Positions 20,495-24,099 of a DNA stretch of 24,099 bases are shown here, piece by piece. This stretch comes from a virus (lineage: Duplodnaviria; Caudoviricetes). The position numbers were made by a program, and so were the translations under genes. The notes beneath the pieces were generated by a model that made no database searches, was not told the DNA's origin, and saw nothing but the letters and a program-made list of their open reading frames with translations. The stretch spans positions 1-24,099 of the IMG/VR virus record IMGVR_UViG_3300036985_000776; one strand, 5' to 3'. Position 1 is the first letter of the stretch; every line of letters begins with the position of its first letter.

Positions 20495-20806
20495 ATGAAG
20501 GGTCGCAAAGGTAAGGCCAGCGGTGGCGAGACCATGTCTGGCAAGAAGTCGTGGGATGAAGATCTCTCCGACAAGCCCATGCGCTACACGGCAAACAGCA
20601 AGGTTAATTCCGAAGCTGAAGAGCGCAAGAGCGGTGGTCGCACCAAGAAGAATGTTGGTGGTGCTGCCGGTGTAGCTGCACGGGCAAACGGCGGTCGCGC
20701 CGCCCGCAAGTCGGGTGGCCGCACGGGTTCGAACATGAACCCGCTGTCGTCCGCTCATTCTGGTACGCCCGCCAAGGGCCGTCCCGGCGGCAACCGCTAC
20801 GACTAA
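20495..20806 (+). CDS. small highly basic protein with five [KR]xxGG motifs
   Basis: AGGAGG RBS; KASGG, RKSGG, KNVGG, RANGG, RKSGG. Confidence 0.8.
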   Translation: MKGRKGKASGGETMSGKKSWDEDLSDKPMRYTANSKVNSEAEERKSGGRTKKNVGGAAGVAARANGGRAARKSGGRTGSNMNPLSSAHSGTPAKGRPGGNRYD

Positions 20807-20808
20807 AC

Positions 20809-20838
20809 GGCGGGGCTTCGGCCCCGCTCACTTTTTTT
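20809..20838 (+). terminator. intrinsic terminator
   Basis: GGCGGGGC-TTCG-GCCCCGCT followed by CAC and T7. Confidence 0.85.
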
Positions 20839-20847
20839 GGAGGGATC

Positions 20848-21087
20848 ATGGCCAAGTCGCCTGCATGGCAGCGCAAGGAGGGCAAGAACCCCACCGGCGG
20901 CCTGAATGAAAAGGGTCGCGCATCCCTGCGCGCTCAGGGTCACGACATCAAGCGACCGCAGCCTGAAGGCGGCCCCCGCAAGGATAGCTTCTGCGCGAGG
21001 ATGAGCGGCATGACCGGCCCCATGAAAGACGAAAACGGCGAGCCAACGCGCAAGGCGCTGTCGTTGAGAAAGTGGAAATGTCCGTGA
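20848..21087 (+). CDS. conserved small basic phage protein (DUF6321-like by recollection)
   Basis: AWQRKEGKNPTGGLNEKGRAS...RKDSFCARM.G...ALSLRKWKC. Confidence 0.75.
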   Translation: MAKSPAWQRKEGKNPTGGLNEKGRASLRAQGHDIKRPQPEGGPRKDSFCARMSGMTGPMKDENGEPTRKALSLRKWKCP

Positions 21088-21254
21088 AAAAAGACACTCC
21101 CGTATGGGAAAAGGATCTTCCCAAAGAACACCGGTCCAAACCCATGACGAGCAAGCAGGTTTCTCAGGCCAAGGCATTGGCAAGGGCTGCTGGCCGTCCG
21201 TATCCAAATGCGGTAGACAATATCGCAGTGTCCCGCTCGAACAAGAAGGGTTAA
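21078..21254 (+). CDS. conserved small basic phage protein
   Basis: AKALARAAGRPYPNAVDN motif; overlaps the previous stop. Confidence 0.75.
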   Translation: MSVKKDTPVWEKDLPKEHRSKPMTSKQVSQAKALARAAGRPYPNAVDNIAVSRSNKKG

Positions 21255-21257
21255 ACC

Positions 21258-21605
21258 ATGACGCCCCTTTACACCTCCGTTTCAGATGCCTCTGGCGGCG
21301 TCAAATATAGCGCCCTTGTGCGTTTTGATGATTACGCGCCCAGCAACATCTCCATTCAGTGTACGGTCACCGGAACGGTAAACTACACTGTCCAGACAAC
21401 TCTGGATAACCCGAACAGCCCGACGAATCCGGTTCCAGAGGCGAGCATAACTTGGGTTGATAGCTCTGACACGGCGGTTGTCGGCGCTACGGCGACCAAG
21501 CAGAGCAACTTCCTGTTTGCTCCGACATTTGCCCGAATTAAACTGAACAGCGGAAGCGGAAGCGTTTCTGCCACTTTCCTTCAGAGTTCTTCGGTGCCGA
21601 AGTAA
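21258..21605 (+). CDS. putative virion protein (beta-sandwich-like)
   Basis: GTVNYTVQTTLD...W...R..L.SGSGSV pattern; located in the structural operon. Confidence 0.7.
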   Translation: MTPLYTSVSDASGGVKYSALVRFDDYAPSNISIQCTVTGTVNYTVQTTLDNPNSPTNPVPEASITWVDSSDTAVVGATATKQSNFLFAPTFARIKLNSGSGSVSATFLQSSSVPK

Positions 21606-21803
21606 ATGTCTGGATTGGCATCTCCTACAGGCTTGTCTCAAACCACCGGACTATCCATCGGTGGAGGGGAAAGCATCGGCAACGGCCTGTCGCTTCAAGG
21701 ATTTGGCGGTGGACCTCCCGGAAACAATGGAATTCTTCAAGAAAGCAGTACGACCGACTTCTTAATGCAAGAGGATGGCACATCGTACTTGCTACAGGAG
21801 TGA
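21606..21803 (+). CDS. small protein ending in repeated [LM]QE units, possible fibre attachment protein
   Basis: ILQESSTTDFLMQEDGTSYLLQE; abuts previous stop; directly precedes the fibre gene. Confidence 0.6.
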   Translation: MSGLASPTGLSQTTGLSIGGGESIGNGLSLQGFGGGPPGNNGILQESSTTDFLMQEDGTSYLLQE

Positions 21804-21808
21804 TGTAA

Positions 21809-23263
21809 ATGGCTGATCTTCCTATTTCCGGTCTTACTGCCTCTGCATCCAATGCGGCGGCTACCGACGTTCTGCCTGTTGTGCAGACCACTGGTACAGG
21901 TCCTGTCAAAATGACCGTACAGCAGATGGCTGGCGGTTTACTTGGCTCTACGACAATCTCAGGTGCAACGGTCACCACCTCGCAGCCTGTATTGAACTTG
22001 GCACAGACATGGAGCGCATCCGGCGTAAAATTCACGGGTCTGAATTTTAATGCTATCGACACAACATCGAATGCTGCATCATGTCTGATAGATTTGCAAG
22101 TTGGTGGGACAAGCAAGTTTGTAGTCGATAAAGCTGGGCGTATTCGCGGAGATAGCAGCACAAATGTTCAAGCGTATATTTCCTTTGACTCCACCGCTGG
22201 CGGTGGCCCAATTATAGGTAACGTTGCTACTGGCCTTGTTACCTTTGCTATTCCGTTTGGTTACATAGGCGTTCATCTTTGCAATACGGTTCCATTCGGG
22301 TTCGTGTCTACAGCTAACGCTTCGTCTGGGACGCTTGACACCATCCTCACCCGCCGTGGCGCAGCCAACCTTCGCCTTGGTAACGCTGACACCACTGGCA
22401 CCACCGCACCAACCCCGCAGTTCCTCTCCGCGCAGTCGTGGCTTTCGTCTACGACCTTCAACCAGACGGGCGCAAACTTCACAATTGACGGCTCTCAAGG
22501 CACTGGCACGGGCGCTGGCGGCAGCATCGTCTTCCGTGTGGCTCCTGCTGGCGGGACCAGCAACGGTGTGCAGAATGGGCTGTCTGCGGCGCTGACGATT
22601 AACACTACTGGTCAGGTAACTATATCTGGTCAAGGCACAAATAACAATGCGCTCATAATTACTGATGCTAGCGCAGCGACTAAAATTGTTCTGGGTGTGC
22701 CTGCCGCAGCAGGAAACCTAATATATGCGTCCAGCACTGGTGATGCGGTATTCCGTGGCGCGAACGCAAATATGCTGTTTGGCGTTAATGGCGCGGGCGA
22801 TCTATCCCTTGGTTTAACTACTGCATCAAGCATTCAATATACCGTACTGCCATCTACCGGAAGGCTTGTTTGGAACAATGTTGCAGCAAGTAGTGCTGCT
22901 GGTATTACAACTAGCGGATTTGATCTACAACTCGCCCGTGACGACGCCAACACCCTCGCGCTGCGGAATGGTACGGCGGCGCAGGCGTTCAATATCTATA
23001 ATACCTACACCAGCAGTACATCGTTTGAGCGTTACAGCGTTGATTGGATTACAACCGCAAACCTTGTGATCGTCGGACCCAACAAGGGCAGCGGCGGCGG
23101 CACTCAGCGTGTTCAGCGCCTGTCGTATCTGGAAGACGGTGGCGCGGGTAGCACTGTGCCATTGCTTGGTTCCACTTGCCCCGCCGCATCAGGAACCGTC
23201 AAATCTTGGATCAAGGTCATTACTTCAGACGGGACTACTGCCTACGTTCCGTGCTGGGCATAA
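21809..23263 (+). CDS. tail or head fibre-like protein (mosaic)
   Basis: MADLPISGLT...DVLPVVQ anchor-type N-terminus; Gly/Thr/Ala-rich beta repeats; C-terminal WIKV...G...YVP. Confidence 0.75.
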   Translation: MADLPISGLTASASNAAATDVLPVVQTTGTGPVKMTVQQMAGGLLGSTTISGATVTTSQPVLNLAQTWSASGVKFTGLNFNAIDTTSNAASCLIDLQVGGTSKFVVDKAGRIRGDSSTNVQAYISFDSTAGGGPIIGNVATGLVTFAIPFGYIGVHLCNTVPFGFVSTANASSGTLDTILTRRGAANLRLGNADTTGTTAPTPQFLSAQSWLSSTTFNQTGANFTIDGSQGTGTGAGGSIVFRVAPAGGTSNGVQNGLSAALTINTTGQVTISGQGTNNNALIITDASAATKIVLGVPAAAGNLIYASSTGDAVFRGANANMLFGVNGAGDLSLGLTTASSIQYTVLPSTGRLVWNNVAASSAAGITTSGFDLQLARDDANTLALRNGTAAQAFNIYNTYTSSTSFERYSVDWITTANLVIVGPNKGSGGGTQRVQRLSYLEDGGAGSTVPLLGSTCPAASGTVKSWIKVITSDGTTAYVPCWA

Positions 23264-23267
23264 CAAC

Positions 23268-23486
23268 ATGATTAACATTTCACTCACTCAAGAAGAACTG
23301 ACGGCCCTTGCTGGCCTCCTCGACGCTGGCGTCAAAGCCACCGGATTGCAGGGCGTTAAGCACGCCGCCGCAATCCTCACCAAGCTGGAAGCCGCCGTGG
23401 CTGAAGCCAACGCACCCAAGTCCAACGTGACGCCAGACTTCAAAGGCGTACCGCTCAACGCAATTGAACCGCAGGAGACTGAATGA
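23268..23486 (+). CDS. small helical protein, possible fibre chaperone
   Basis: MINISLTQEELTALAGLLDAGVKATGLQ; follows the fibre gene. Confidence 0.65.
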   Translation: MINISLTQEELTALAGLLDAGVKATGLQGVKHAAAILTKLEAAVAEANAPKSNVTPDFKGVPLNAIEPQETE

Positions 23487-23884
23487 TGGCCCTTGTCAAT
23501 TATGGGGTTGTCAGCCCCTCCCTCACGCTGACCGTCCAGATGGAACTGTCTGACGCCGACAGTGAGCGCATCGTAGAGTATCTCATGGCCGCAACGCCGT
23601 ATGGCAGCGTGACTGAGAACGTCATCACCGACATTCCGAACCCCGCATGGTCGCCGGATCAGCCCGATCCGCTGGACCCGCCTGAGTTCATCCAGCAGCA
23701 GGCTTGGGTCACGCGCCCCGCCACGCCGGAAGAGGCAGTGACGGCATATGCAGAAGGCGTGATGACCAGCATCCTCCAGCAGGCTTATCAATGGGATAAG
23801 TCTCAGGCCGCAGCAGAGGCTGCCGCCAATGTGCCGCCGATCACGCCGATCAATCCGCCTGCGCCCGTTCCGCCCTCTCCATAA
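23483..23884 (+). CDS. hypothetical acidic, Pro-rich protein
   Basis: AGGAG RBS, ATGA overlap. Confidence 0.7.
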   Translation: MMALVNYGVVSPSLTLTVQMELSDADSERIVEYLMAATPYGSVTENVITDIPNPAWSPDQPDPLDPPEFIQQQAWVTRPATPEEAVTAYAEGVMTSILQQAYQWDKSQAAAEAAANVPPITPINPPAPVPPSP

Positions 23885-23927
23885 CGAAATTGGCGGTATA
23901 ATTCCGCCATTCACCTTGTGAGTCAAC

Positions 23928-24099
23928 ATGACAACCAGCGGATCTTATGGATTTTCCCCCTCGCTTGGCGAGCTTGTTCTGTATGCCTACAACAACATAG
24001 GCATACGGAACACGTCGATCATTCAAGAGCACATGGTTACCGCCCGCATGGCGACGAACATGATGCTCTCGCGCTGGTCGAACCAAGGCGTGAACCTCT
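23928..24099 (+). CDS. putative head-tail adaptor/connector protein, truncated by window end (absent from ORF track)
   Basis: Hand translation MTTSGSYGFSPSLGELVLYAYNNIGIRNTSIIQEHMVTARMATNMMLSRWSNQGVNL..., open to the end; the AR...N.ML..W.N.G pattern resembles P22 gp4-like adaptors. Confidence 0.7.
   Translation, partial: MTTSGSYGFSPSLGELVLYAYNNIGIRNTSIIQEHMVTARMATNMMLSRWSNQGVNL

Larger units (their letters stand above)
1..24099 (+). mobile_element. Tailed phage or prophage genome segment (accessory genes, packaging, head, start of neck/tail)
   Basis: Co-oriented terminase, portal, GroES, scaffold, major capsid, fibre and adaptor genes; many ATGA-coupled small ORFs; no host housekeeping genes, integrase or att site visible in the window. 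Confidence 0.95.

Noticed and set aside
23891-23909. TGGCGG-TATAATT-CCGCCA hairpin containing a perfect TATAAT
   Set aside because: No recognisable -35 or extended -10 at the proper spacing and only a short T run, so neither promoter nor terminator can be called
1-24099. tRNA, rRNA, integrase, att sites, lysis genes, introns or inteins
   Set aside because: No cloverleaf or T-loop signature noticed in the intergenic gaps, no recombinase or lysin motifs, and terL, portal and MCP are uninterrupted

Overview
Window from a GC-rich tailed dsDNA phage or prophage (Caudoviricetes). The host is plausibly an alphaproteobacterium, which is inference only. All credible genes are on the + strand. Layout: (1) 42-4435, a tightly coupled array of small accessory genes including a DUF551-type protein and an N6-adenine DNA methyltransferase; (2) terminase large subunit and a P22-like portal; (3) 8619-15751, about 7 kb with four large unusual ORFs between the portal and the head-assembly genes; (4) small conserved ORF, GroES-like co-chaperonin, scaffold-like protein, conserved ORF, capsid decoration-like protein and major capsid protein; (5) small virion genes, a mosaic fibre gene and the start of a head-tail adaptor gene. 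The most striking signal is a short peptide motif, roughly [KR]-x-x-G-G-[RKE]-[VIT], present about 30 times in five proteins. In two of them it falls at the borders of globular domains (an ADP-ribosyltransferase-like domain and an HhH-GPD glycosylase-like domain) and of blocks with different GC content. This suggests a modular virion-cargo or polyprotein system punctuated by a double-glycine tag. The non-coding DNA is also informative: a near-consensus chromosomal parS site inside a terminator, two hairpins with anti-Shine-Dalgarno loops (one a candidate 60-nt sRNA), tandem CCCGGYGY-loop hairpins before the capsid genes and a 127-nt rod-like fold. Family calls come from motif recognition by eye; no database search was run.
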